Position numbers and translations under genes: made by a program
Part shown: piece by piece, positions 1 to 8,931 of the stretch
Layout of the letters: each line of letters opens with the position of its first letter
Position numbering within the stretch: the stretch's first letter is position 1
The notes under the pieces: model-generated
Databases searched by the model: none
What the model was told of the DNA's origin: nothing
The model's input: only the letters and a program-made list of their open reading frames with translations
Assembly: GCA_028286825.1 (NCBI GenBank)
Contig: JAQBQV010000002.1
Span: 66,157 to 130,156, forward strand
Source of the DNA: Parcubacteria group bacterium
GTDB lineage: Bacteria; Patescibacteriota; Minisyncoccia; Phycocordibacterales; Phycocordibacteraceae
Reading direction: 5' to 3'
DNA length: 64,000 nt

Positions 1-747
1 CTGCGCACACCGCTTTCGGGGATACAGAAAGCAAGCGAGCTCCTGAAGATGCCGCGTAAGCCTGCCGCAGCGTCAAAACAATACGTTGATATCATCTACC
101 AAAACTCTTCCTCGATGCTCGATATGGTGAACGATATCTTGGATGCCGCCAAGCTTCAGGCTGGCAAGTTTGAAATTAACGCTGAACCAGCCAGTATCGC
201 CGAAGTGGTGAGCAATCGAGTTGATTTTTTTAACCTCTCTGCCGGTGATAAAAAGATCAAACTCAAAGTCACGATCGATAAAGCGGTACCAGGCGCCGTG
301 CCTTTTGACGTCCAGCGTATTAAACAAGTGCTTAATAACCTGATCTCGAACGCGCTCAAGTTTACTCCTGAGGCTGGTGCGATTTCAGTCGTCGCCTTTC
401 TCCACGAGGCTGGTGGGCTCGTAAATAAGGAATTACATAAGACAGGCGTCGTACCGCCAGAGCCGCTTCCGGAGGATCAGTTTGCCAAACTCCCACCCTC
501 ACTTGTGGTTGCCGTAACAGACTCAGGGGTAGGAATACCGCTGGAGCACCGGGGTGAGCTTTTTAGTAAATTCAAGCAATTGAGCAATACAACGCTTGTA
601 ACAAATATCAAGGGCACGGGACTAGGTCTCGCGATCGCTCGTGGTATCATTACCGAACACGGAGGCATTATCGACGTTGTTTCAAAAGCAGATATCGGAA
701 GCACTTTTTACTTCGCGTTACCCGTAGAAAAATCACCTTTACCATAA
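1..747 (+). CDS. sensor histidine kinase, C-terminal part (5' end outside window)
   Basis: Frame open from nt 1. LRTPLSG (H-box tail) at nt 1-21, then N-box LNNLISNALKFT, G1 DSGVGIP and G2 GTGLGLAIARG (HisKA/HATPase_c). Confidence 0.9.
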   Translation: MRTPLSGIQKASELLKMPRKPAAASKQYVDIIYQNSSSMLDMVNDILDAAKLQAGKFEINAEPASIAEVVSNRVDFFNLSAGDKKIKLKVTIDKAVPGAVPFDVQRIKQVLNNLISNALKFTPEAGAISVVAFLHEAGGLVNKELHKTGVVPPEPLPEDQFAKLPPSLVVAVTDSGVGIPLEHRGELFSKFKQLSNTTLVTNIKGTGLGLAIARGIITEHGGIIDVVSKADIGSTFYFALPVEKSPLP

Positions 748-755
748 TAGAATCT

Positions 756-1124
756 ATGAAAAAAATACTGATCGTGGACGACGATATGACATTTGTCGCG
801 ATGATGAAGGCAGCGCTCGATCCTAAGAAGTACGAGGTGACATCAGCTGGAAACGGGATTGAGGCCTTAAGTACGCTTGAAGAGTCGATGCCTGACCTGA
901 TCCTGCTAGATATCATGATGCCAAAGATGGATGGGATCGAGTTTCTTACAGAAATGAATAAGAAGTACGGCGAGCACAAAACGTCGGTCCTCATTACTTC
1001 CAACAACTCATCCTTGGACAAGATTAGCGAGGGAGTCGCTCTCGGGATCAAGGGATATTTTATTAAATCAAACGAGTCGCTCCACGGGATTATCGCAATG
1101 ATCGAAAGCGCCTTGCCTAAATAA
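756..1124 (+). CDS. response regulator, receiver domain only (CheY-like)
   Basis: 122 aa. Acidic pocket VDDD, phospho-acceptor Asp in LILLDIMMPKMDG, conserved Lys in IKGYFIKS. No output domain; 8 nt after the kinase stop. Confidence 0.9.
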   Translation: MKKILIVDDDMTFVAMMKAALDPKKYEVTSAGNGIEALSTLEESMPDLILLDIMMPKMDGIEFLTEMNKKYGEHKTSVLITSNNSSLDKISEGVALGIKGYFIKSNESLHGIIAMIESALPK

Positions 1125-1150
1125 CGGCTCGAAATGAGTTAGAAACAAAC

Positions 1151-1170
1151 GAGGAGCCGAAAGGCTCCTC
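1151..1170. terminator. hairpin between convergent genes
   Basis: GAGGAGCC-gaaa-GGCTCCTC perfect 8-bp stem. T-rich only on the minus-strand side. Confidence 0.55.
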
Positions 1171-1432
1171 ACGTGTTTGCAGACGGTGTAACTGATACGG
1201 GTCGCGGCTCTACATAAATGGGCTCACTTACTTTGCCAAGAATGATGAATCGAATGATCTGAATAGCGATCGCATTTACTTTACACACCTCAACACGGAT
1301 GATGACATCTTCTCCGTCGAAGTACGTCTCGACTAAGGGCTGGTGCTCAGTGCCATTTTGGCGGATTTGTTCTGCGTACTTTTTCGCTCGTCTAAATCGA
1401 AACTCTTTTTCTTGCATGATCGTTGCGGTCAT
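1169..1432 (-). CDS. hypothetical small protein (87 aa)
   Basis: ATG preceded by GGAAGGA with 5-nt spacing (SD). No family recognised. Confidence 0.5.
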   Translation of the reverse strand: MTATIMQEKEFRFRRAKKYAEQIRQNGTEHQPLVETYFDGEDVIIRVEVCKVNAIAIQIIRFIILGKVSEPIYVEPRPVSVTPSANT

Positions 1433-1508
1433 GACAGTCCTTCCGTATGTTCGAAGCCGAAGTAGCTTCTAGAGTAAGTATACAGCTGAGCAAGGGTGAA
1501 ATATGTTC

Positions 1509-2240
1509 TTACTTGATACCTATGTGAGAGAGGAACTCGGAAAGCTCTTCGCCTTCGATGGGGCGCGACTCGCCTGAAGCTAGGCCATCGAGGCGGACAT
1601 TCAGAACGCGCGATCGCTCAAGTTCAACGACGGTGTTGTGCATTGCTGAGACCATGCGGCGGATCTGGTGCTTCTTACCTTCTGTGAGCGTGATCATAAA
1701 ACTCTTAGGACCGGTCTTTCGCACGACGCACTTTTTGGTCATGTAGCCTTCGATGTTGACGCCTGCTTCCATGTGCTTTTTAAAACTGTCTCGAAGTGGT
1801 TCACTTGTCTTCACTCGGTATTCTTTATCGTGATCGAAGCGAGGCGAGAGAAGACGATCCGTTACACGGCCGTCGTTAGTGAGGATCAGGAGTCCGCTTG
1901 AGTCCTTGTCGAGGCGACCAACAGGGAAGACGTCCTTAGGTAGCGAGGCGGCCTGCTTAACATCCTTCTCGCCGAGTTGAGGCGAGTGCGTGATCACTCC
2001 GACAGGTTTGTTAAAGGCGTAATAGAGATACTTTTTATTTGTATGAGCCTTGCCCTTCATTTCAACCTTGTCGTCTTCATATACCTTATCGCCCAAGACC
2101 GCGACGCGACCGTTGAGAAGTACGCTTCCACGCGTGATAAGCTCATCCGCGCCACGACGAGTTGAGATACCCTCACGGGCGAGGTATTTATTGATCCGCA
2201 TCGGGTATTCCGGTACGGCTTCTGGAGTCGTTTTGTCCAT
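1509..2240 (-). CDS. pseudouridine synthase, RsuA/RluB family (S4 + PseudoU_synth_2)
   Basis: S4 domain MRINKYLAREGISTRRGADELI; catalytic motif VGRLDKDSSGLLILTNDG. ORF track starts at 2291; ATG 2240 preferred because TATAGT lies 6 nt upstream. Confidence 0.85.
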   Translation of the reverse strand: MDKTTPEAVPEYPMRINKYLAREGISTRRGADELITRGSVLLNGRVAVLGDKVYEDDKVEMKGKAHTNKKYLYYAFNKPVGVITHSPQLGEKDVKQAASLPKDVFPVGRLDKDSSGLLILTNDGRVTDRLLSPRFDHDKEYRVKTSEPLRDSFKKHMEAGVNIEGYMTKKCVVRKTGPKSFMITLTEGKKHQIRRMVSAMHNTVVELERSRVLNVRLDGLASGESRPIEGEELSEFLSHIGIK

Positions 2241-2316
2241 GCGGGCACTATACGCTAGAATTGCTTTTTTTGCTAAGTAATGTACGGTCACATCCCGTTC
2301 CTCATGACGGATGGGC

Positions 2317-2322
2317 TATACT
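2317..2322 (+). promoter_or_regulatory. -10 box (TATACT) 7 nt upstream of ATG 2330; leaderless-type promoter
   Basis: gggcTATACTttgtcttATG; no SD. Confidence 0.5.
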
Positions 2323-2329
2323 TTGTCTT

Positions 2330-2824
2330 ATGACACCACGAATCACTTTTGTGCTAACTGGAGGGACGATTGATAAAGAATACGATGCGCTCGATAAGGC
2401 GTTTACCATCGGGAGCGGCGCAGTCAGTCGGATCCTGGGCTATGTGAGACCCAACTTCGAAGCTACGATAATTCCGGTTGTCCAAAAAGTAAGCGTCAAC
2501 ATACTCCCTGAAGAGAAGGAGGCTGTTCGTATGGCGTGTGCGAGTGCAGCAGATGACAAAATCATTGTTACTTATGGCACCGACGCAATGACTGAAATTG
2601 GCGAGATATTGAAAGACATCCGCAGCAAGACAATTGTTATCGTTGGAGCGCTTAAGTCACAACTGATCAAGGAGACAGATGCAGAGTTTAATTTAGGGTT
2701 TGCTGTTGCAGCTGTGCAGACACTTCCGACTGGGGTGTACGTCGCCATGAGCGGGCGCGTCTATCCTTGGGACAAATGTAAAAAGAATATGACCACTGGT
2801 CAGTTCGAAGAATTTGAGAATTAA
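2330..2824 (+). CDS. asparaginase-family protein, N-terminal domain only (164 aa)
   Basis: Asparaginase signatures TGGTIDK, TYGTDAMTE and IVGALKSQ..TDAEFNL. No C-terminal domain. ORF track starts at 2261. Confidence 0.65.
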   Translation: MTPRITFVLTGGTIDKEYDALDKAFTIGSGAVSRILGYVRPNFEATIIPVVQKVSVNILPEEKEAVRMACASAADDKIIVTYGTDAMTEIGEILKDIRSKTIVIVGALKSQLIKETDAEFNLGFAVAAVQTLPTGVYVAMSGRVYPWDKCKKNMTTGQFEEFEN

Positions 2825-2861
2825 TTTTTCTTTTTTTCGCGAAATAAGGTACGGTAGAGAG

Positions 2862-4322
2862 ATGGGAAGAGAAGATGCATTAATACGATTTGAAGGAGTC
2901 TCCTTCGGCTACGGCCACAACAAACCAATCCTCGAGGAGGTGGATTTTCCTATTCGCCGCGGGATGAAGATGGCAATTATGGGTCAAAACGGTGCCGGTA
3001 AGTCAACACTCTTTGCGCTCATGACAGGAGCGTTGAAGCCTGAGAGTGGTGAGATTAATGTCTCACGAGGTATGAAGGTCGCCACTGCGCCACAGGTGAT
3101 TCCACGTGAGGACATGACCCTTACGGTGCGAGAGTACTTCCAAAAGTGTTTTGCGGAGCCTATTTACGATATCGACCCGAGAATCGACGAGGTACTGGAA
3201 GTTGTGAATTTGAAGCATCACGAAAAACTGCATGATCGCATAATAAAAAGCTTCTCTGGCGGCCAGCAAGCGCGACTCCTGCTGGCTTCTGCGCTGATAC
3301 AGAACCCCGACCTCCTCCTCCTCGACGAGCCGACCAATAATTTGGACACTGGGGGCATTGAACACCTCACCAAATACTTAGTCGACTACGACAAGACAGT
3401 GATCGTCATTTCTCACGACGCAGCATTCCTTAATGCGTTTACAACCGGCGTGCTCTATCTCGACGTCTTCACACGAAAGATCGAGCAGTACCCTGGTAAC
3501 TTTAATGACGTACAACGTGACATTTTGGCGCGCATCGATCGCGAAAATCGTAAGAATGCTCAACTAGAGAAAAAGATTCAAGAAAATAAAGACAAGGCAA
3601 ACTTCTTTGCACAGAAGGGAGGCAAGATGCGTCTCGTCGCTAAGAAAATGCGTACTGAAGTTGAAGAGATGGAGGAAGAGAAAGTCGATGTCCGCAAAGA
3701 AGATCGCACCATTCGACCATTTATAATTCCCGCTCAGCCTGAATTAAGCGGCACGGTGCTCGCGCTCACCTCATATAGCGTACTTAAAAAGGGAGAGCCG
3801 ATAGAAAAGAAGGCAAATATAAACGTCCGTAAGAATAACCACTTGCTTCTTAAGGGTCCAAACGGAATCGGTAAGAGCACACTTCTCGAGAGTATTGCAA
3901 AAGGAACAGCCGCAGGTGCGACTATCGCAAAAGATGTAAAAGTTGGGTATTACCGACAAGACTTCTCGACGCTCGACTTTGACTCAACCGTTCTAGCGGC
4001 CCTTCGAACCGCAATGGGTCAGCCTGACGAGCAAAAGCTTCGTGCGATCGCAGCAGGATTTCTCATTACGTCTGATGTAATGGAGACGAAGATTGGCAGC
4101 CTTTCAGAAGGGCAGAAAGGATTGGTGGCGTTCTGCTCCCTGGTACTCGAGCGGCCCGGACTCCTGATTCTCGATGAGCCGACCAACCACATTAACTTTC
4201 GCCATTTGCCGATTATCGCCAAAGCGCTGAGCGCGTATGAGGGCGCAATGGTTCTCGTTTCCCACGTGCCTGAATTTGTCGAGCAAATCCGCATTGATGA
4301 CATCCTCGATCTTGAAAAATGA
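2862..4322 (+). CDS. ABC-F family ATPase (two ABC cassettes, no TM domain)
   Basis: Walker A GQNGAGKST and GPNGIGKST; signatures FSGGQQARL and LSEGQKGLV; charged linker between the cassettes. ORF track TTG start at 2814. Confidence 0.9.
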   Translation: MGREDALIRFEGVSFGYGHNKPILEEVDFPIRRGMKMAIMGQNGAGKSTLFALMTGALKPESGEINVSRGMKVATAPQVIPREDMTLTVREYFQKCFAEPIYDIDPRIDEVLEVVNLKHHEKLHDRIIKSFSGGQQARLLLASALIQNPDLLLLDEPTNNLDTGGIEHLTKYLVDYDKTVIVISHDAAFLNAFTTGVLYLDVFTRKIEQYPGNFNDVQRDILARIDRENRKNAQLEKKIQENKDKANFFAQKGGKMRLVAKKMRTEVEEMEEEKVDVRKEDRTIRPFIIPAQPELSGTVLALTSYSVLKKGEPIEKKANINVRKNNHLLLKGPNGIGKSTLLESIAKGTAAGATIAKDVKVGYYRQDFSTLDFDSTVLAALRTAMGQPDEQKLRAIAAGFLITSDVMETKIGSLSEGQKGLVAFCSLVLERPGLLILDEPTNHINFRHLPIIAKALSAYEGAMVLVSHVPEFVEQIRIDDILDLEK

Positions 4323-5167
4323 ATCCACGAACTATCTCGGCAACGTTCAAAATGAAAGACGTCATGGAGGGCGCGGGCGTCCTCTTAAAGCGCGGCTTTT
4401 CAAACGTAGAAGCCGGGCTCTTTGACCCGTTCCTGCTCTTCGATGACTTCAGTTCAAACATTCCTGAGCACTATCAGGCCGGGTTCCCGTGGCATCCGCA
4501 TCGTGGGATGGAAACAGTGACGTACATCCTCGATGGAGCAGTGCGCCACAAGGACAGTCTCGGGAACGAAGGCGTGATCGAGTCGGGTGCCTTGCAGTGG
4601 ATGACGGCCGGAAGTGGGATTATCCACGAAGAGATGCCGGAGAGCGTGCACGGCATTCGCGGCTTCCAGTTGTGGGTGAACTTGCCTAAAGCTAATAAAA
4701 TGGACAAACCGCGCTATCAAGATTTGGTCGGCAAGTCTGTCCCTGAGACCTCGCTCGGTTCAAACGCAAGAGTGAAGATTGTGGCAGGAAGTTTGGCTAA
4801 CGTGACTGGCCCCCTAGAGTCGATCGCGGGCAGTCCTTTGTACGCTGATATTACTCTTGAGGCGTATGGTAGCGTGTCGATCCCGGTGCCAGACGGGCAC
4901 ACGGTATTCGCCTATGTGATCGAGGGTGCGCTCGGTCTTGATGATGGTAAAGATGTGTTCTACGCCCCTGGTACGATTCTCCTTTTTAATAAAAACGGTA
5001 CGGAGGCAAACTTGCGTGCGCCGATAGCTGGCGCGCGCTTCCTCCTCATCGCAGGAGCTCCGCTTAATGAGCCAATCGCCTGGCACGGGCCAATTGTTAT
5101 GAATACTAACGAAGAACTGCAAGAAGCTTTTTCGGATTTAGACCGCGGGACTTTTATCCGCCCTTAG
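4319..5167 (+). CDS. pirin family protein
   Basis: HPHRGMETVTYILDG...H cupin metal motif. ATGA start/stop overlap with the ABC-F gene. Confidence 0.85.
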   Translation: MNPRTISATFKMKDVMEGAGVLLKRGFSNVEAGLFDPFLLFDDFSSNIPEHYQAGFPWHPHRGMETVTYILDGAVRHKDSLGNEGVIESGALQWMTAGSGIIHEEMPESVHGIRGFQLWVNLPKANKMDKPRYQDLVGKSVPETSLGSNARVKIVAGSLANVTGPLESIAGSPLYADITLEAYGSVSIPVPDGHTVFAYVIEGALGLDDGKDVFYAPGTILLFNKNGTEANLRAPIAGARFLLIAGAPLNEPIAWHGPIVMNTNEELQEAFSDLDRGTFIRP

Positions 5168-5565
5168 CGGCGAGCCTCAAGTAAGCTAATAATTTTATCG
5201 AGTTTGTCGTTTTCAATACGCGCAAGACGAGTCTGGAGCTCTTCAATCTCAGCTTTAGCTTTAAGATTAGTTTCATAGTCTGCCTCGGCTTGGTCACGGT
5301 CGCGCGCGGACTGACGATTCTGGCTCATCATAATGATTGGCGCAGCGTAGGCGGCCTGCGTTGAGAAGATCAAGTTGAGGAGAATAAATGGAAACGGGTC
5401 CCACTGATTCATAATTCCCACAATATTAAGCACCATCCACACGATCACAAAGAGCGTTTGAATGATGATAAACGCCCATGAGCCCATTGCTCCAGCTACC
5501 GTATCTGCAATTCGCTCTCCAAACGAGCGCTCGGACTCATCCTTCTTATGCCAGTTAGTTGTCAT
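5164..5565 (-). CDS. DUF1003-type membrane protein
   Basis: FGERIADTVAGAMGSW, two TM helices, SQNRQSARDR and a C-terminal coiled coil. TACAAT lies 7 nt upstream of ATG 5565 (ORF track start 5631). Confidence 0.7.
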   Translation of the reverse strand: MTTNWHKKDESERSFGERIADTVAGAMGSWAFIIIQTLFVIVWMVLNIVGIMNQWDPFPFILLNLIFSTQAAYAAPIIMMSQNRQSARDRDQAEADYETNLKAKAEIEELQTRLARIENDKLDKIISLLEARR

Positions 5566-5642
5566 GATGCGAATTGTATCACTGCAGAGAAGCAGAAAAC
5601 CCACTATGCTACAATGCCTGTTCTTAACCATAAATTATTTTT

Positions 5643-6158
5643 ATGAACGATATTTACACCTACACCGTACCGCTTTTTATAAAGACGCTTGGCGGATTGA
5701 AGAATGTGCTCGCTAAAGCGGAAGCATTTGCGAAGGAAAAGGGAATGAGTGAAGAGACGCTGCTTGCTGATCAGCTAGCGCCCGATATGTTCCCGCTTTC
5801 ACGGCAAGTACAGATGGCTTGTGATAACGCTAAGGGAGCGACTGCTCGGCTCGCGGGCGTCGAAGCGCCAAAATTTGAAGATACAGAAAAGACATTCGCT
5901 GAGCTACAGACTCGTATCGATAAAACCCTCGAGTTTGTACAGTCAGTGCCTGAATCAGCATTTGCACATGCAGCAGATCGTAAAATTGTCTTGCCGTACT
6001 TCGCCGATAAGTACCTCACCGGCTTTGACTACACGCGTGAGTACGTGCTGCCGAACTTCTTCTTCCACACGGTGACTGCTTACGCGCTTATTCGCAAGAA
6101 TGGCGTCAATATCGGCAAAGCAGACTACACTAACAACGTTAACTTCAGGGACCTTTAA
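5643..6158 (+). CDS. DUF1993 (DinB-like) protein
   Basis: N-terminus MNDIYTYTVPLFIKTLGGLKNVL and overall pattern typical of DUF1993. Confidence 0.65.
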   Translation: MNDIYTYTVPLFIKTLGGLKNVLAKAEAFAKEKGMSEETLLADQLAPDMFPLSRQVQMACDNAKGATARLAGVEAPKFEDTEKTFAELQTRIDKTLEFVQSVPESAFAHAADRKIVLPYFADKYLTGFDYTREYVLPNFFFHTVTAYALIRKNGVNIGKADYTNNVNFRDL

Positions 6159-6184
6159 TCGCTTAAGTATAGTATTACGCACAT

Positions 6185-6964
6185 ATGGCTGACGCAGCAC
6201 TTATTGTCAAAGATCTCGAAAAGACCTACGCCAGCCAAGAGGGGCGACCTGGCTCACAGGCCTTAAAAGGAGTGTCGCTTACTGTCGAGCAAGGGGACTT
6301 CTTTGCGCTCCTCGGCCCTAACGGAGCCGGTAAATCGACGCTCATTGGTATCGTCACGGGGCTCGTGAACAAGACAGGAGGCGAGGTACACGTTCATGGC
6401 GTCAATATCGATGAATCGCCTGAGAAGGCTCGCACCTTTATTGGTGTCGTTCCGCAGAATATGAACCTCGACTATTTCGGTAAAATTAACGATATCGTTA
6501 TTAACCAGGCGGGGTACTACGGTATTCCTCGAGCCGTGGCGATCCCGCGCACAGATCAACTCTTCAAGGATCTTGGTCTATACGAGAAGCGCAATGACCA
6601 GGCGCGAACGCTTTCGGGCGGCATGATGAGACGCCTCATGATTGCGCGAGCGCTCATTCACCAGCCACAATTTTTGATTCTCGACGAGCCAACTGCAGGA
6701 GTCGACGTCGAGCTCCGTCGCAGTATGTGGGACTACCTCACGAAGCTCACAAAAGCGGGGGTGACGATTTTGCTCACCACGCACTATCTCGAGGAGGCTG
6801 AACAGTTGGCGAATAAGGTTGCGATTATTAACAAGGGCGAAATCGTTCTGAACGACACGATGCAGAATGTCCTTGCCATGCACAACGAAGAGTTAGCCGC
6901 AAAAGAAGGATTCCGCGGCGGTAAGCTCGAAGAGATATTCATCCAGATGACTAAAGAAAAATAA
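6185..6964 (+). CDS. ABC transporter ATP-binding protein (ABC-2 type exporter)
   Basis: Walker A GPNGAGKST, signature LSGGMMRRL, Walker B ILDEPTAGVD. Confidence 0.9.
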   Translation: MADAALIVKDLEKTYASQEGRPGSQALKGVSLTVEQGDFFALLGPNGAGKSTLIGIVTGLVNKTGGEVHVHGVNIDESPEKARTFIGVVPQNMNLDYFGKINDIVINQAGYYGIPRAVAIPRTDQLFKDLGLYEKRNDQARTLSGGMMRRLMIARALIHQPQFLILDEPTAGVDVELRRSMWDYLTKLTKAGVTILLTTHYLEEAEQLANKVAIINKGEIVLNDTMQNVLAMHNEELAAKEGFRGGKLEEIFIQMTKEK

Positions 6965-6966
6965 TT

Positions 6967-7743
6967 ATGAATGCGTATCAAACATGGGTCTCGTTCTACA
7001 CGATTGTTCGCAAAGACGTCGTCCGTATTTTCCGCATTTGGGCGCAGACGTTCCTCCCGTCGGTTGTGACCTCGGTGCTCTACTTCGTCATCTTCGGCGC
7101 TTTTCTCGGTTCGCGAATTGGTGAAGTGCAGGGGGTCCCATATATCAGCTTCGTGGTGCCGGGCCTCGTAATGCTCGCGGTGGTGACCAACTCCTACATG
7201 AATACATCGTTTACCATGTTTATGTCGAAGTTCTTCGGGCGGAACATTGACGAGATCTTGGTCTCACCAACACCCCCTTGGGTGATTGTTGCCGGCTACA
7301 TCGCCGGGGGCATGGTACGCGGCGTGATCATTGGGGTACTCGTTCTCGCAGTCTCACTCTTCTTTACGCATCTGGCGATTTACAATATCTTCGCCGTGAT
7401 CGGCTTCCTCCTCCTCACGAGCCTCGTCTTCTCAGTCGCAGGCCTTGTAAATGGTGTATATGCGAAGTCGATCGACTCTATTAATATCGTCCCGACGTTT
7501 GTTCTCACTCCACTCGTTTATCTGGGTGGCGTCTTCTATAGCGCAGAAGCCTTGCCCGGCTTCTGGGGCTCACTCACCAAGTTCGACCCGGTCTTCTATA
7601 TCATTAACGGCTTCCGCTACGGTCTCCTTGGTATCGCTGACGTCTCGATCTGGTTCTCCGTTGGAATTCTTGTTGGCCTCTCGGTACTCTTCTTGGCTAT
7701 CGCGATCTACCTCATCAAAACAGGCCTCGGCTTGCGACAATAA
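6967..7743 (+). CDS. ABC-2 type transporter permease
   Basis: 258 aa with about 6 hydrophobic helices. Starts 3 nt after the ATPase gene. Confidence 0.8.
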   Translation: MNAYQTWVSFYTIVRKDVVRIFRIWAQTFLPSVVTSVLYFVIFGAFLGSRIGEVQGVPYISFVVPGLVMLAVVTNSYMNTSFTMFMSKFFGRNIDEILVSPTPPWVIVAGYIAGGMVRGVIIGVLVLAVSLFFTHLAIYNIFAVIGFLLLTSLVFSVAGLVNGVYAKSIDSINIVPTFVLTPLVYLGGVFYSAEALPGFWGSLTKFDPVFYIINGFRYGLLGIADVSIWFSVGILVGLSVLFLAIAIYLIKTGLGLRQ

Positions 7744-7747
7744 ACTA

Positions 7748-7776
7748 TTGACTATAGTTGAATGAAGTGCTTTAAT
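7748..7776 (+). promoter_or_regulatory. candidate sigma-70 promoter (TTGACT-17 nt-TTTAAT) for 7820 operon
   Basis: -35 at 7748-7753 and -10 at 7771-7776, directly after the permease stop. Confidence 0.4.
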
Positions 7777-7819
7777 CTTTCTTAAGAAGGTCTTTGATTA
7801 CCTATAGAAAGGGAGCAAA

Positions 7820-8362
7820 ATGGGCGTACTGAACCTCACTCCGGAGTGTTTTGTGGACTTGGTCCTACTTGGTTTGTACTGGGAGCACTGGCCGCCAAAA
7901 ATCCGTGCCAGCAGTAAGGGGATGCCATTTCTTCAGGATGGTTGGACAACGATTGATCACGTACTGAAACTTGCGGTTCGCATGGAAGTTGTTACACAAC
8001 AACAGGTCATCGGACTCGTTCAGCATAAGATCTACGGCGTCCCGCATCAAAGAAAACTTGCCTACCACTGTGGTAGTACTGCAGGGGGTGAGGAAGGGCG
8101 TTTTCTGTTTCTGCTGCGAGAGTCGACATTCACTGGCTCGACCAACAGGACGCGGTTGGTGCGGAATATGCGCATACAATTGACGTCTCTCGGTGCAGAA
8201 ATTGCTCAGACTCGCGAACAGAAATATGAACAATTTTCCCGAGAACGGTATCTGCAAGAGGCGAAAACGGTGAACGATATGTTCACTACTGAAAAAGCGT
8301 CTGCCTGTGCGAGTAACGTTTACCGCAGGAGAGTTGCTTCCGACTTGGGAGAAAAGCAATGA
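7820..8362 (+). CDS. hypothetical protein (180 aa)
   Basis: SD AAAGGGAG 4 nt upstream of the ATG; ATGA overlap with the next ORF. No family recognised. Confidence 0.55.
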   Translation: MGVLNLTPECFVDLVLLGLYWEHWPPKIRASSKGMPFLQDGWTTIDHVLKLAVRMEVVTQQQVIGLVQHKIYGVPHQRKLAYHCGSTAGGEEGRFLFLLRESTFTGSTNRTRLVRNMRIQLTSLGAEIAQTREQKYEQFSRERYLQEAKTVNDMFTTEKASACASNVYRRRVASDLGEKQ

Positions 8363-8826
8363 GTAATGAGTACTATGTGCAACCACAGGGGGAATTTCAA
8401 ATTCCAAAGACGACACTAGCCGACGGAACTGAAGTTCTTCCCTTTACTGCCGTTATTCTCTGGTACCGAGATGTTCGGCCAGAGAAGAGGTTTGAAACAA
8501 TGGCAAACAAAATCTTTCAAACGCAAAAGACAAAGGCAGAATGTGTTCTGGAGGATTTGAAAGCACGCGGTCTGAATCCGGCAACAGGGGTGCAACTCCT
8601 GGCTGTTTTTCAGAATGTTCCGGAACGTGAAAGGTATTTCCCGATCGCGGCGCTTGGCACGAGGCGCTATCCGGCAGAAGTTAAGGTGGTCAATCGGTGG
8701 CAGGAAAAAGAACCGAATGGCTGGACCGGTCTAGGGCATCCAGCCGGCAAGGTAAAGGATTTGCGCTTGAGGTATTGGACGGATATTCGTCCGTCATCAG
8801 TGCGGGTACTTGCGGTTGATTCTTAA
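8359..8826 (+). CDS. hypothetical protein (155 aa)
   Basis: SD GGGAG 7 nt upstream; translationally coupled to 7820..8362; followed by a terminator. Confidence 0.55.
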   Translation: MSNEYYVQPQGEFQIPKTTLADGTEVLPFTAVILWYRDVRPEKRFETMANKIFQTQKTKAECVLEDLKARGLNPATGVQLLAVFQNVPERERYFPIAALGTRRYPAEVKVVNRWQEKEPNGWTGLGHPAGKVKDLRLRYWTDIRPSSVRVLAVDS

Positions 8827-8840
8827 GAGAGTACAAATGG

Positions 8841-8870
8841 GGCGGCCTGAAGCTAGGCCGCCTTTTACTT
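8841..8870 (+). terminator. rho-independent terminator
   Basis: GGCGGCCT-gaagct-AGGCCGCC followed by TTTTACTT. Confidence 0.75.
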
Positions 8871-8898
8871 TGCATAAGGTAACGATTCGTTGTATATT
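8870..8898 (+). promoter_or_regulatory. candidate sigma-70 promoter of typA (TTGCAT-17 nt-TATATT)
   Basis: -35 at 8870-8875 and -10 at 8893-8898. Leader of about 27 nt without SD. Confidence 0.5.
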
Positions 8899-8931
8899 TA
8901 AATCAACGGCCCGAGCCGCTTTTTTAATTCT

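Noticed and set aside
7865-8416. 183-aa ORF on the minus strand
   Set aside because: It is an antisense shadow of the coupled plus-strand pair 7820-8826. It has no SD or promoter, the sequence is low-complexity, and it would run against the flanking promoter/terminator logic.
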